Of a stretch of 64,000 nt of DNA, positions 10,735-24,456 are shown one piece after another. The stretch covers positions 232,066,001-232,130,000 of the forward strand of contig OZ024741.1 in the NCBI GenBank assembly GCA_964016885.1. The letters run 5' to 3'. Position 1 is the stretch's first letter. Each line of letters starts with the position of its first letter. The notes below the pieces were generated by a model that saw only the letters and a list, made by a program, of their open reading frames with translations, was not told the DNA's origin and searched no databases. The translations under genes were made by a program, and so were the position numbers. The DNA is from Eledone cirrhosa. Its lineage: Eukaryota.

Positions 10735-13345
10735 TTTACCTGTTCCAGATATTCGGCTGATGGGAGCTCCCCTTGTTGCTTCACGATCTATCTCTAGCCT
10801 GTATTGGCTGGCCATTGGTGTAAGAGGAAGTTCGTTGACGCTGCTCTTAGGTTGTCTTCGTACCGTGCAGTGGGCTGATCCAGGATCCTGCTTAGCAGAG
10901 GGTCAAGATGTTTCTTGAAAACATCGATATTCCCACCTTGCAGAACTCTCAATTTTTCATTTGGAAATTTGTTGAAGAGTTGAGGGCCTTTGAAACCTAG
11001 GCTATTGCAATATATGTTTCTCTTTCTATATACGAAAAACGAGACCGTTGGCACCACACAGTGAAGTCCTGTTCGGTGGCTGGTCCAGCTCTCAATGTCA
11101 AAGTTTGGTGCTAGACAAATTTCCATATATGTATCACTACTAGCCTCTCCGATTAGCTCGTATCCTTCATTGTGGCAATTTTCTTAGTGTAGCTTCGTTG
11201 GATTGTCTCAAGCACCGTGCTTAATTGATACTATATGGTGACCACAGTTGGGAGCAGTAGTTAAGTCGGCTTAGGACAAATGTCCTCCGTAGTATCTCGG
11301 TTCCTTGTACGGAAAGTACTCAAGATCGAGCAAGCGAATCGTCTGCACATTGTTACCACTCTCACTATGTGTGAAGAAAAGGATGCGTAGACATGCATAT
11401 CTATCCCCATGTCTTGTGTCGATTTCGACAAGGGGATTTCGATCCCCCCTTGCTCCGGTTTAGCTGTGTTGTACTGTCTTTCTGTTAGCAGGATGGTATT
11501 GTAGCGTTTGACATTAAAATGTATGTTGTTGTTCTCAGGCCATTTGTATATGGCATCCAAATCTTGTTTTAAAACGACGGCATCAGCCGGGTTAATGATT
11601 GCCTCTTCTACCTTTGTTTCAGCAGCATAGCGAGTGAGAGATGTTTAGGTACAGCAGAGTGTATGTCTGAGAGAGCTACCATAAACAGTAGTGGTTCAAA
11701 GACTGTGCCCTGGGACACCCCACTTGTTATTGATGTTTCCTTTGAGCGGGTTCTATTGGGTGCAACTGCCTGGCTTCTGTCTTTTAAGAAATGATGCAGC
11801 CACTCACCTACTTTTCAGTCATGCCGAGTATGTGTAGTTTGTGACATATCATTCCGTGGTCAACCTAGTCAAAGGCCTTTGCAAAGTCAAGATATATCAC
11901 ATCCACATGTGAGTTGTCCCGCAGTTGTTTCAGTACCCAGTGATAGTTCTGTAACAGCTGCGTAAGGCACCTGCTTCAGGGGTGAAAGCCATGATGTGTG
12001 CTATTTAAGCGGTCATTTTCTTCGAGGAACCTGATCAGATTCTTTCTGATGATTCATTCCATGCCTTACTGATATGTGACGTCAGGGAAACTGGCCTGTA
12101 GTTTCTTGCCTCCTCTCTGAGTTCTTCTTTATGGATAGGGCATATTGTTCCTTCTTTTAGCTCTCTGGGTAGCTTACCCCAAGCTGTTTGTGTCGGTTGG
12201 CCTATTTTCCGAGACAAACTTGTGGCATATGTTGAAAATATGTGTTGGTGTCTTGTGTGGTGATGTTGTCTCCCCAGTTTTGCTTCAGGATCTCTTCCTT
12301 GGTCTTTTTCCAGTTAGCCTTGTGAAAGTTTATGCTGGATAAATTTCCGTTGCTTCTTAATGGTTTTTTCTTAATTGATTCTTTCAGACCAAATACCATT
12401 AGTTCTACTAAGATATGATCCGAGAAAATGGTTGGTGTCACGTTTACATTGTGGATGAGTATTGTGGATGTTATCTATAAAGCAGTGATTCGGGATATTC
12501 TCACCAATTATTTCGTGGTGTACTGCTTTTTCCATGAACAGCCTGTGTGTGAGGACCATCAGGGACTCCGTTAGTCTCTGTTCGAATGTTGTAATTCCAG
12601 GAAGGGTGGGGGGCTGAGATCATTTGACTTTTGGTAGGTTAAAATGTCCCAGCAGCAGAATGTTGAGACCTTGGGGTCCAGCTTGTATTTCTTCCTTCCT
12701 TCTCGGGCTTACTTCAAACTCACCTTCAAAACTAACGGCGTCTGATGGCCGATATGTGACACATATTACTATTTTCATTTGCTTCATATGTACTCTCAGT
12801 GTATCACAGACTGAGTGGGAATGTATCAACAGTAAAATGGGTGTGACATCTTCATGGATATACAAGGCAACCCAACGACGAATTCTCTTATTCATATTGG
12901 TGAGTTTCACCAGGCCTCCGACATTCAACAGTAACACATGTGTGACATTTGGGGTCTCAGCAGAGGCTGACGGTGTGGACCCGGGGCTGGTGTCAACGGC
13001 GGCCTTCCTGGGTACCTTGATTGCGGTGGTCTCGGGTGCTTGATTGAGTGGCCCTGGTTCTTATAACGATGTAGCCAGGTTAGTTTCCCTACAAACCTCT
13101 CCGCCAATTCTAAAAAGGTATTTTGTGCCACTGCCGCCGTCTGCATTGTATCTGTATATGCTTTCCTTCTCCTCTTTGTTGGGACGGCACGCGCGACAGC
13201 ATCATATTTCTGGGGCAGCTTGTATCGGTTCTGATTTTGGCTGGGATATTTTGGATGAGTAGGTTGGGTGTAGTTCAACCGGGACCTGGGATGTGCGAAC
13301 CTACAGCCTGTCCCTGTTGCTCTATGGCAGCAAATCCGTTCCGTA
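10735..13345 (-). mobile_element. Decayed CR1-type LINE (APE + RT), internally deleted
   Basis: APE: LLNVGGL, VALYI, ICVTYRP, ILLLGHFNLP; RT: NYRPVSLTSHISK, VDVIYLDFAKAFD, SGVSQGTV..PLLF; C-terminal SLGFKGPQLFN...DQP. Confidence 0.85.
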
Positions 13346-13460
13346 TGTATCTATGTATGCATGTTTCGGTGTGAATGCGCGCGCGCGTGTCTATGTGTGT
13401 GTGTGTGTGTCTGTCTGTCTGTCTGTATATATACAGTATATATATATATATATATATATA

Positions 13461-14270
13461 CTAGCAGCTGAGCCCGGTTGCACTCGGGGCCACTTTTTAT
13501 TTAGTTAATAATTTGAAAAATATTATTGAAAGTTTATTATAAAGAAGCAGTTTCAGGAAAAAAAATAGAAATATGCACTTGGGGCTGGACGGCGTACAAT
13601 GAGAAGTGGATCGACGTGAAAAGGGTTGTTTATTAACAGCGAAATAGCAATGTCGATGATATGCAATTTGAAAAATACTTCTTACTGTTAATGGTGGTTA
13701 ACGTATTAGAATTAAAATGAAAACACGCCTCCCTTCTTCGCAATTTAAGGCTTTTATTTCTTTTGATTGAAAACAGTGACCGTAATGCAGAATCGATTTC
13801 ATAAAACGGTGTATGATCGTTAAATGTAGAAGGATGATAGTTTATTAACAGCGAAATAGCAATGTCGATTATATGCAAGTTTACAAATGCATATTATAAA
13901 GGTTTGTATGATAGTTTACAATTTTTCCTGAAACTGCTTCTTTATAATAAACTTTCAATAGTATTTTTCAAATTATTGGTACTGTATGTTAACAGCGAAA
14001 GAACGTTGATGAGTTTTAAAATGTGTATATAAATTGTAAATAACTCAGCCAAGTATTAGAACAGGGGGAAATAACTCACCGAACGCGATAGTAAACAGAC
14101 CGTTTGGGGCCACATTTTTCAAGTTAGAGACTTGGTAACCTCATCTAATTGCTTCTTTGGCCCTTTTTACATAGGTGTGTAAATTTTCATGTCCGTCCGA
14201 CCACGTCTACTACCATTTAACCGTGCACATCTGAATTTCAACCACCACCCATTTCACAAATATATATTAT
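13461..14270 (-). mobile_element. Non-autonomous Helitron-like element
   Basis: Minus-strand 3' end CCCGAGTGCAACCGGG hairpin + CTCAGCTG-CTAG|T in an (AT)n context; 5' boundary uncertain. Confidence 0.6.
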
Positions 14271-14483
14271 ATATATATATATATGAGTATATATATATAT
14301 ATATATACATATATATATACATATATATGCACATCCCGAATGCAATCGGGGGTAACATCAGTTTAAAAGTGTTCAATACATTAATATAGTGTAAACATTA
14401 TGATTTAATACAGAAATTGCTTTTACGGGACTAGAAAAATTCATTCATACCAATCAAACAGTCCTAGACCCTTAGAAGCCAAT

Positions 14484-15324
14484 CTTATGTCGCTTTTCCA
14501 CGCTTGCCTCGTTTGGACGGATCCTTCTCAGCAGGCATCCCTTGATACGACGCGTTACATTCTTATCGCCTCTGTGAGTTTCATTGATTTGAGGTCAGCT
14601 CTCACAAACTCTGCTCATATCTGTCTTGGTCTACCGCTACCGCGACCCCCTTTCACTGGCAATTGCTGGTATTTCTTGATCCAAATATCATTGTCCATGC
14701 GTATCGAATGTCCAAACGCATGCAGTCTTCTCTCCTGTTCACCTCCTCGGATTATTCTTAAATCCAATTTCTCCTACAACTCTTCCTAGCTCTGCCTTTC
14801 TCGCATACTTACATTGCACATCCAATGGAGGATTGTTGCTCTTCTCTCCAGTATACGCACGTCCTCTGAAGTCACAGTCCATATTTCACTACCTTGCAAC
14901 ATCGCACTTCGCACACAGGTGACATAAAGTCGTCCTTTGTACATAGGGGGAAATGTTTTGTCGTCAACAGTAGGAATAGATCTCTGAACGTATACTTACT
15001 GTAGCTATTATGTCGTCAGCGCACACTTCTCCATTGCTAATTACGAAGCTATCAACCATTTCTATGTAAACTTCCTGTGACGGGAATAGGATTTCACCGC
15101 TGGTAATGTTCCCCTCGATTACAATTGGGCATCTTCTACGAACACTTTCTGTAAACCTACCCCCATATCCGCTAAATCGCTTACGCCCCCAATATTTACA
15201 TTGTGTACATCGTATGGATGTTATGCCTACTTCGTTTCTACATATCGAGCAGGGCCACGTAACTGAAGGGATGTGGTCGTATCTCCTACCTACTAGAATG
15301 TTCGTTTCGACTAATTTTAGTCTC
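14484..15324 (-). mobile_element. RTE LINE 3' fragment
   Basis: WPCSICRNEVGITSIRCTQC Cys motif and 3' end homologous to the RTE at 31390-32260. Confidence 0.85.
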
Positions 15325-15439
15325 ATACACACGCACGCACACACACACATATCGATATGTGTGTTTGTATGTGTGTGTTTGTGTGTGTGTGTGTGTATTT
15401 GTGTGTGTGTTTGTGTGTGTATCTGTGTTGGTGTGTAAA

Positions 15440-16030
15440 TTGTTATACTATGGTAGGGTCATGCTGCCAATAAAAAACAAAGAAACACATCTGTTGGTCT
15501 TCAATGCAATTTATTACAAATATATGGTTGGTTGGTTTAATAACAGATGTTCCTTTATTTAGTGTCAACACTTTTTGACCACACATTGTGTGACCTCCTC
15601 AGTGACCAATGTGTTATTTTCTGTCTCCGGTTTGTTCTGTTCTACACCATCTTGTGCTAGCCGGTAACTTTTCAATATTCATAATTAGAAGACTTACTAT
15701 ATGTTTATTCGTAAACATACCGAATATCATTAGATATACGAAATTTACATACTTATATGTATACAGTTATTTCGGAGTAAACATTTTGATTCTATATATA
15801 TAATATATATGCATTTATGTAACTGTATACATACGCTTATCAATGTCTGCTTCAGTCAATGTATTGATGTGTGTAGGCTCGTTGCTTGAATAAGAACATA
15901 TTGCATAAAACAAACAAATGTGTTTCACACTTTTCTTTTCAGATTGCACTATTCCTACTGCCTGTCTTACAGATGAGAGAGCTGTATTTGACTTTTGTGC
16001 GGATAAGTGTTCAAGAACAGCGGGTAAGTA
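15440..16030 (-). mobile_element. Penelope-like 3' remnant with pseudo-LTR and decayed hammerhead (15564-15606)
   Basis: 15440-15520 resembles the terminal repeats at 7274/10348; GTCA-CTGAGGA-GGTCACAC AAT GTGTGGTC-(A)AAA core; extent beyond 15660 is weakly supported. Confidence 0.55.
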
Positions 16031-16199
16031 TTCTGGAATTTAATGTTTATCATGAACTTCCTATCAATGCAATTATTAGACAAGTTATTTCTTCTTCTTC
16101 TTGAATATCTGGGATACCTCCTAGCTCTCTCAGTCCTCAGGCTATGGGGCATTGGAATTTGTGGAGACCCCGCCTTAGCTTTTTATAGAAGTTAAGTGC

Positions 16200-16990
16200 C
16201 GGATAAAAATGACGACGTTCTCGGGGAGACTATAATGTTCGAATAAAATCAATTAGCTACTCTTTACTAGAGACATTTCAGTCCAGGACCCATGGATTAC
16301 TTCCAGATATCCCTGGCCTGACAGCTTTGCAGAGGAACTTTATCAGTTCAGGGCTACTTGTACATGCATAGAAATGACGTGAACCAGGTTTGTCCGAGAT
16401 TTGCTTAGGGTGACTAAACCTTCCTGCTCGGAATGCTCGTGTGCCCGGGCATTGCTAGTTTGTGGGTCTATGACGAACACCTTCTGTCAGCTGTGGAACA
16501 AATCCTTATATCAACTGAGTCCATTGTGAAGATCGCCCGACCAGCTCCATTTAGAGTGGTAGGAGGGGCGAAAGTGGTCGTGCGGTGGGCGGGCTTGAAA
16601 ATGTGAAGACAAACACTTACCTCTTCGTCGATATCATGAGTGACTTTTTCAGGTATCACCTGAAGAGTAAGATCAGTGTGGAGAGGAAAATGTTCCCTTC
16701 CAATCAATTTTCTGAAAGATAGGTGAAAATGGCGATCCTGGTCTGAGTGAATGGGTTTGCTCTGTAAATTGGAGGACGCATCTGAGATAGGGAACTTGCC
16801 TTAGCGGTCAAGGTTACCATTTCTTTTTGTGGGATTTCCCGAGAGTAAACTTCGGAGGTGTACCCAATTTTGCGGAATTTGTTGTTTTTATTTTTAATGT
16901 TTACTTTTTTAAAAGTATTCTCTATAAACATTTTCCTCAGACTAGAAAACCCACTGGACTGTCCTCTACCGTCTTTATAATTCCCTTAAT
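16200..16990 (-). mobile_element. Possible decayed LINE ORF1 (zinc-knuckle remnants)
   Basis: Broken ORFs 16468-16931 followed by Cys/His remnants (RRCSS*THKL..QCP; KPG.H..YACT) across frameshifts; no firm family call. Confidence 0.25.
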
Positions 16991-17004
16991 CTAAGCCCTG
17001 TGAA

Positions 17005-18300
17005 GCTAATAAAGAAACCAGATGGAGAAAAACTGGAGTGAAGTGACGAGCAGGGTGGCTTCTCTCACCCAGTATTGGGCCGAGAGGAAGTTGTCCCTGA
17101 AAGGCCGGGTGGGGGCGCCGAATGCGTACATCGCATCCGTCATCTGCTCCCGCCTTACCATTCTCCCTTGCCCCGGCCCAATTCTCACCAAAATGGAGCG
17201 CCTCCTCTCCGCTTTTTGTGGAAGGGACGCGCTCCCATGGTCAGACAATCCATCTGCTGTTAGCACCCGTTGCGTGGAGGACTGGCATGCCATGGCTGAT
17301 GATGCGGAAACATGCGATGAGGCTGCTTGGAAAATGGAATGTCCTCAGGCGCTCACTGCCCTCTGCCAGCTGGGCACCAGTATCGGTGGAACATCCACCT
17401 TGGCGTTCTATAGAGGACTAGTGGGGGGGGGGGGAGCGATGACGTTCTCGGAGAGATCATTGGCGTCGAAGAAAATCAGCTGTTTGCTCTCTTCCGGTGT
17501 CTTTCAGCCCAGGTCTATGGATAACATCAAGAAATCCCTGACCTGGCAGTGCTACCGGGAGCTTTGCCGGTTCGAGATAAGCTCTGCAGATACGGAAGTG
17601 CCGTCACCTGAGCATGTCCGAGATGCGCGCAAAGTGACGAAACCGTCGTGCACACACTCCTTCAGTGCCAGAGCATTGCTGACTTGTGGAGCTATGTCGA
17701 ACAGTTGCTGTCGCGCCTAGGACCGATCCGGTTATCGACTGAGTCCATTGTGCAGATGGTCTCGCCGTCTTCCTTCGAGGAGGAAGGGCAGGCGGTGTTC
17801 ATCTGCCTGGTGGCCGTGGCGAAGAGATTGTGTGGTGGACAAGGTTGAAAGGGTTAGAGACAGACACTTTCCTCTTCGGCGAATCCCTCATTAACTTTTT
17901 CAAGTTTCACTTGAAGTGGAAAATCAGGGTGGAGCGACAAGTACTGCCTCCTAGCAAGTTTGTTGAAAGGTGGGTGAATGTAGTGAGAATGGTCCGAGTG
18001 AACGGGACAGCTCTGAATATACGCTTGTAGTTTGAGGAATGGGAAAAAATTGAGATAATGCGCTTTCCCTGGTGGTCAGGGTTGCTGTGGTTTTTTTGTG
18101 AGGATTTCTTACTGAGTAATCCTCGGAGGTTTCCCCCCTATTGGGGAATTTTTCATTGTTTGAATCATCATTTTTTTTTGTTTATAGATATATATGATTC
18201 TATGTCTTTTTTCTTTTTCGTTTCTTATATAAATAATAAAAATCTTTACACGCAAAAACCCACGTCGTACCATCCCTAAACGTCCTGTGCCGTCTGTAAA
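17005..18300 (+). mobile_element. L1/Tx1-type LINE 3' fragment
   Basis: WAERKLSLKGR, RQSICC..P...GMPWL, C..C.QSDET..H.LLQC zinc motif; 3' UTR homologous to 37050-37255. Confidence 0.85.
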
Positions 18301-18367
18301 AAAATAATTAATATTATTATTATAGATTATTATTATTATAATTATTGTTATTATCATTATTATTATT

Positions 18368-19984
18368 GTTCTTTGAGTCTCAGTCATTGATGTTAGTTAA
18401 ATGGAAAGTTTGTTGAAATGAATATTAAGCCACTACCTGCAGCCTCAGATATTCAGGATGTATCGGAGGGTTCTTACTGTTCCCAGCAAGCATGCCTTGT
18501 GAAGTGTTCCAAAAAGCGGGGCGGGGCCAATTTTCTTTAACCATCCCTGGGAACTTTTTGAGATAGTACCTAGTGCGCATATGACAATCGGGACCACTTT
18601 GACATCATGGCAGATCCAAATCTTTTTTACCTCCCACTTTAAGTCCTGGTATCTGTTAATTTTCTCCCTCTCCTTCTCTTGCACTCTCGTGTCGAATGGG
18701 CAGGCTACATCCACAGTCAGGCACGATCTTTTTCCCTTGTCCAAAACCAGCAGGTCAGGCCCATTGTGTTCCAGTTTCTTGTCCGTCTGTATCCTAAAAT
18801 CCCATAGCACCTTTACCTGATCGTTTTCTATCACCGACTCTGGCTTATGCTCATACCACATCTCAGAATGTGGTAAATTGTTTAATTTGCATAGGTGCCA
18901 GTGCATCACCCTGCCCATCACATCATGTCTACAGCCTTTATAGTGTGTCTGGGCTAGGTGTTTACACTCGGATACAATCCTACACAGTGGGCTAGCCTCC
19001 TGTTTGTCAATATGGTGTTTCAGCCACTTCGTTTTGAGGGCTTGCTCTTGCGCAGCCATTAACATTCTTTCTGTAGCCTTATTAAGGTCTCCTCTTTTCA
19101 ACCAGTTCCATGTCTGTGGATCTCTGAATTCAGTTTTCTCAAAGAAGGCAATATGAAGGGATTTTTCATGAATGTTGCTCTTTCTCCTTGTTGTTATTTC
19201 CTCCATGTTAAATCCCACTGAGGTTGACTTTGCCTTTCATCCTTACGGGGTCGATAAAATAAAGTACCAGTAATGTACTGGTTAATTGCTGGCCTTGTGC
19301 CTAACGTAGAAACAGTTATTTCCTCCTTGGACATCCATAGTCTATTGTCCTCTCCTTCAGTACAATTCTGAGCATTGGCTCCCTACTATCAGTCACGTAT
19401 TTGTGTAGGTTGTTTTTCTCCATCTGAACAAAGTCCTCTATGCTGATAAGACCTCTTCCACCGTCAGATCTCGTTATGTAGAGTCTATCGACATCACTCC
19501 TTTTGCGGGACATGGTGTAGATAGTCAATAGCTTCCTAGTCTTCCTTTCCATTTCATTTTGTTCAGCAACATTCCATCTCAGAATTCCCGCACTGTATTT
19601 ATAATAGACACAGCTCGGGAATTTACTGCCCTTACGACATTCCTACTGTTCAGATGTGACTTTAGTACGGTCCTTACTCTCTGAATGTATTCAGATCTTA
19701 TCAGTTCCTTCATTTTTTTGTTCTTGATATCATCAGGCCCCAGAACACCTAAATATGTGTATCCTTCTTCAACATCAATTTCCTTTATCATCTCACCTGT
19801 TGGTACCTGGATTTCCGTTGCTTCTGCTCAATTTACCCCTCTTCATCACAAGGATTCCACACTTACTAATACCAAATTGCATACATATATCATTGCTTAA
19901 AATACGGATAGTGTCAACAAGCACATCCAACTCCTTCTCACTCTTCCCGATGGGCTTAAGATCGTCCGTGAAGAGGAGGTGATT
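18368..19984 (-). mobile_element. R4/Dong-clade non-LTR element copy 1 (5'-truncated)
   Basis: RHD, LWDF.IQTD, PDL, VDVACP.D, EKINRYQDL restriction-like endonuclease motifs; (TAA)n tail; internal deletion in the CCHC finger. Confidence 0.92.
19208..19315 (+). mobile_element. 5'-truncated tRNA-derived SINE inserted in Dong copy 1
   Basis: Matches 37376-37512; flanked by duplicated TTATTTCCTCC(A/T)TG target sequence. Confidence 0.85.
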
Positions 19985-19999
19985 ATTATTATTATTATT

Positions 20000-22900
20000 G
20001 TTCTTTGAGTCTCAATCATTAATGTTAGTTAACTGGAAAGTTTGTTGAAATGAATATCAAGCCACTACCTGCAGCCTCAGATATTCAGGATGTATCGGAG
20101 GGTTCTTACTGTTCCCAGCAAGCAACCTTGTGAAGTGTTCCAAAAAGCTGGGCGGGGTCAATTTTCTTTAACCATCCCTGGAAACTTTTTGAGATAGTAC
20201 CTAGTGCGCATATGACAATCGGGACCACTTTGACTTCATAGCAGTTCCAAATCTTTTTTACCTACCACTTTAAGTCCCGGTATCGGTTAATTCTCTCCCT
20301 CTCTTCTTGTGCATTCTCGTGTCGAATGGGCAGGCCACATCCACAATCTGGCACGATCTTTTTTCCTTGTCCAAAACCACCAGGTCAGGTCTATTGTGTT
20401 CCAGTTTCTTGTCCGTCTGTATCCTAAAATCCCACAGCCCCTTTACCTGATCGTTTTCTATCACCGACTCTGGCTTATGCTCATACCACTTCTCAGAATG
20501 TGGTAAATTGTTTACTTTGCATATGTGCCAGTGGATCACCCTGCCCATTACATAATGTCTCCAGCCTTTATAGTGAGTCTGGGCTAGGTGTTTACACTCG
20601 GATACAATGTGAGCCACAGACTCCTCTCTCTCTCTCCACATATCCTGCACAGTGGGCTAGCCTCCTCCTTGTACATATGGTGTTTCAACCACTTCGTTTT
20701 GAGGGCCTTCTCTTGCGCAACCATTAGCATTCCTTTTGTAGCCTTTTTAAGGTCTCCTCTTTTCAACCAGTTCCATGTCTGTGGATCTCTGAATTCAGTT
20801 TTCTCAAAGAAGTTACTATGAAGGGATTTTTCATGAAGGCTGCTCTTTCTACTTGTTGCATCCCCTGGTCTATTGTCCTCTCCTTCAGTACAATTCTGAG
20901 CATTAGCTCCTTACTATCAGTCACGTATTTGTATAGGTTGTTTTTCTCCACCTTCACACAGTCCTCTATGCTGATAAGACCTCTTCCACCTTCAGATCTC
21001 CTTAAGTAGAGTATAACGACATCACTCCTCTTGTGGGAGATGTTGTAGATAGTCAATAGCTTCCTAGTCTTCCTATCCATTTCTTTTTTTTCAGCAACAT
21101 TCTATCTCAGAATTCCCGCACTGTACCTAATAATAGACACAGCTCGGGAATTTACTGCACTTATGGCATTCCTACTGTTCAGATGTAGCTTTAATACGAT
21201 CCTTACTCTCCGATTGTATTCAGATCTGATCAATTGCTTCATTTTTTTTGTTCTTGATGTCATCAGCCTCCAGAACACCCAAATACTTGTATCCTTCTTC
21301 AGTGTCAATTTCCTTTATCATCTCACCTGTTGGTACCTGGATTCCGTTGCTTCTGCTCAGTTTACCCTTCTTCATCACAAGGACTCCACACTTACTAATA
21401 CCAAATTCCATACATATATCATTGCTGAAAATACGGAGAGTGTCAACAAGCATATCCAACTCCTTCTCACTCATCCCGAAGAGCTTAAGATCGTCCATGA
21501 AGAGGAGGGGATTGATGGTAAGCTCTCCCTTTCCCAACTTGTATCCTGCTCTCACTTTTCGCAGTATAATGTTCAGGGGCATCAGGGTAAGGACAAACAA
21601 CAGAGGGCACATACTATCTCCATGGAAGATACCTCTCCTGATCTTCACGCCTCCGAAGGATTCTACAGCTGATGTTAACTCTGTTTTCCAAGACTTCATA
21701 CTTTTGCCCAACAACTGTCTGATGGTATCTGCCACCTTGAAGATCTCTATGTTTTTGGTGATCCAAGAATGAGGCACCATGTCAAATGCCTTTTTGTAGT
21801 CTATCCATCCCATGGCAAGACCAGTGTGTCTCCTCTTGCAATTCCTCATTACCATCTTATCAATAAGTAACTGGTCCTTTGTACCACGGGACTTATTTCG
21901 GCATCCTTTCTATTAGTCTGGTAACAAGTTGTTTGTGTGGAGGTGATGGTAGATTTTCTCAGACATAATGCTTATCAACAGTTTCCACATTGCGGACAGA
22001 CATGTGATAGGTCTATAGTTGGTAACATCATTACCCTTGATTCGGTCTTTCATTACCAGAACTGTGGCACCTTTTGTCAACCACTCTGGCATCTCACCTG
22101 ACATCAAGCAGTCATTGAACATGGTTGTCAGTTTCGGGTGGAGGGATGTTATATTTTTAATCCAATACCCCTGCACACCATCTGGGCCTGGTGATTTCCT
22201 GTTGGTTAGTTTTTTGGCCTGCCCCTTAAGAGTTTCAACTGTGATACTCAAATCAGTTTGTCGGTGTGCCTGTTCACTAATCTCCTTTTGTACTGTCTCG
22301 ATCCACACTGCCTGGCCATTATGTTTAACATCCTGCTCCCATATTCCACTCCAGAATGTTTTAGTTTGTTCCGCCTCAAGGATCAAGTCGTTGCCTCTTT
22401 CTTTCCATTCAAGCTGTCCAAACAGCATCTTCTGGTTGTTGTTAAACATGCGGTTCTGTCTATACTGACTGACTCTGCTCTCGTATCACCTAATTTGTGC
22501 ACTCTTTGCTACAATGCCTTGCTTCAGTTCCTCTATGATAATATTTAGCTTTTTCCTCCTAGTTTTGTACTTTATTTCCAGTCTATTTTTAGCGTCTATG
22601 TTTTTTAGTGTCCCATTCAGTAGGGACTCAAGCTTTCCAATGTCATTTCTCATTTCCCTGATTTGACCATTCACTCATTTCTTCCACCAATGTTCTGATC
22701 TTTCTTGTTTGTTGTTTCTTCTCGCTTTTATGCCAAGTAATTTCCTCACCGCATTTGCTATTGCTTTGAGGATTGTGTTGCACTGGTGAAGGCTCCTCGC
22801 CTCAAAGTATGGGATGACTTTGTTTACCTTAGCTGTTGTTTCTTTTAACTGTTTCCTGTCTACAAATCTTAAGTTCATAGGTTTCCCACTATCATTGTTC

Positions 22901-23577
22901 ATTTCATCTACCACTAAGTTTAGGATATCAACCAAATATTGTCCTAGCCCGTCACAATTCATCTCCTCAATGGCCGTATCTTTGTTCCAGGTATTATTTA
23001 TTTATTTCAGCATTCAGATCATTGTCTGCTTCGGATGGTTCCTCCGTTCTCTCAACCTCTTTACCTTCATTTCCCACTGGCTCGTTTGCCTGGCATACGC
23101 CACTCTCCATTTCCAACCTAATCTCTCTGCTCAGTTCCTCCAGTTCCAGCTCCCTTATCTACCCATTAGCTCTTATTACCCGAGCCTGCCCGGCCAATTT
23201 TTGTTCATCTAATTTAAATAGACCAATCTCGTTCCAGATGTTATGAATCCGTTTCCTATAGCCTTTCTCCTTGGGGTTACACTTCAGGTAACATTGCATA
23301 ACAGTTCTAATCAATTCTTTCGTCCAGTTGGTTCTGTTCCCTTTCGTTCTTCTTCTTCCTCCGACACCAGCAGTATTTGGTTGACAGCCAGATCCCTGCT
23401 GCTGAGCCAGGGAGCACCTGCTGGGTGGGAGTCTGTCAGATGACATTCCAGTCTCCACTTCACCGTTATTCGAACTGTTTAGTTTCGACATTTAAACACT
23501 CTTATCGACGATTGGTGAATGTATGGTTACATAAACACCGGTGTTTTCATCACCCCCGGTGATTTTAGTGAGGTACT
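20000..23577 (-). mobile_element. R4/Dong-clade element copy 2, near full-length, inactivated
   Basis: ORF from ~23491 (MSKLN..) through [55 protein letters not shown]; several stops and frameshifts. Confidence 0.95.
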
Positions 23578-24406
23578 ATCACGTTGTAGACGAACATAAA
23601 TAAACAAACAAACACATAGGTAAAAAAAAAAAAAAAAGAATAAGCATAAGTTTCATTGTAATGTAATGTTTGAATGTCTGACTTAGTTTTTTTTTTTTTT
23701 TCCTTCTCTGTCTGTTTGTTTTTCTTTTCATTTTTCTATTATTTACGTTTTTCGTTGTTGCTGTGCTGTTTTGATTGTGATTTTTGTTTTTTTGATCATT
23801 GGACCAGGTCATCAAATCAGTCTATTTATATCTTTTGATACCTTCCTCTTTTAGTGGGGACACTACGATGCTTGTCTTAGCAGGAGGTAGTGGGAGAGAT
23901 TAGCGTCGGTAAGGATAATGAGGCGGTGGTGCTGGTGGTGGTGGTGCTGTGTTAGTACTATTAGTAGGAGGTATTGGGAGAGAATAGCGGCGGTAGCGAT
24001 AATGAGGCAGTGGTTGTGGTGATGTGATCGTAGTACTGTAGTGATGGTGTTGAAGTTGAAGTAGAAATAGAAGTTGAGGTAACTTGACTAGAGTTTTTGG
24101 CATGGTAGTGGTGATGGTGGCGGTGGTGGTGTTGGTGGTGAAATTGTTTGACTGTCTGTCCACTTAGCCATTTTGACTTTTTCCTCTTTTTCGACTATAA
24201 CATTTCTGATCCAAAATTAAATATTAAATATTGGGGCCCTATGCCGTAGAGTGATGCGTTGTGGCTTGCTGAGCGTTTAAACTGTAATCTTATACTTCAT
24301 TTGTAATAATAATTATTCTATCACAGTTGTTTTAAATAAGTAAAAATCAAAAACTTACGGGAGCAATTCCATAACGATATATATCCTCCATGTGCGTTTT
24401 CTTCCC

Positions 24407-24449
<43 letters not shown>

Positions 24450-24456
24450 GTTATTA

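Noticed and set aside
23492-23580. HDV-like ribozyme expected at the 5' end of the near full-length Dong copy
   Set aside because: Only a small hairpin (ATCACC/GGTGAT) is visible; I cannot build the double pseudoknot
23820-24290. Pro/Thr-rich minus-strand ORF
   Set aside because: Low-complexity; probably a decayed LINE ORF1 5' piece, with no diagnostic motif
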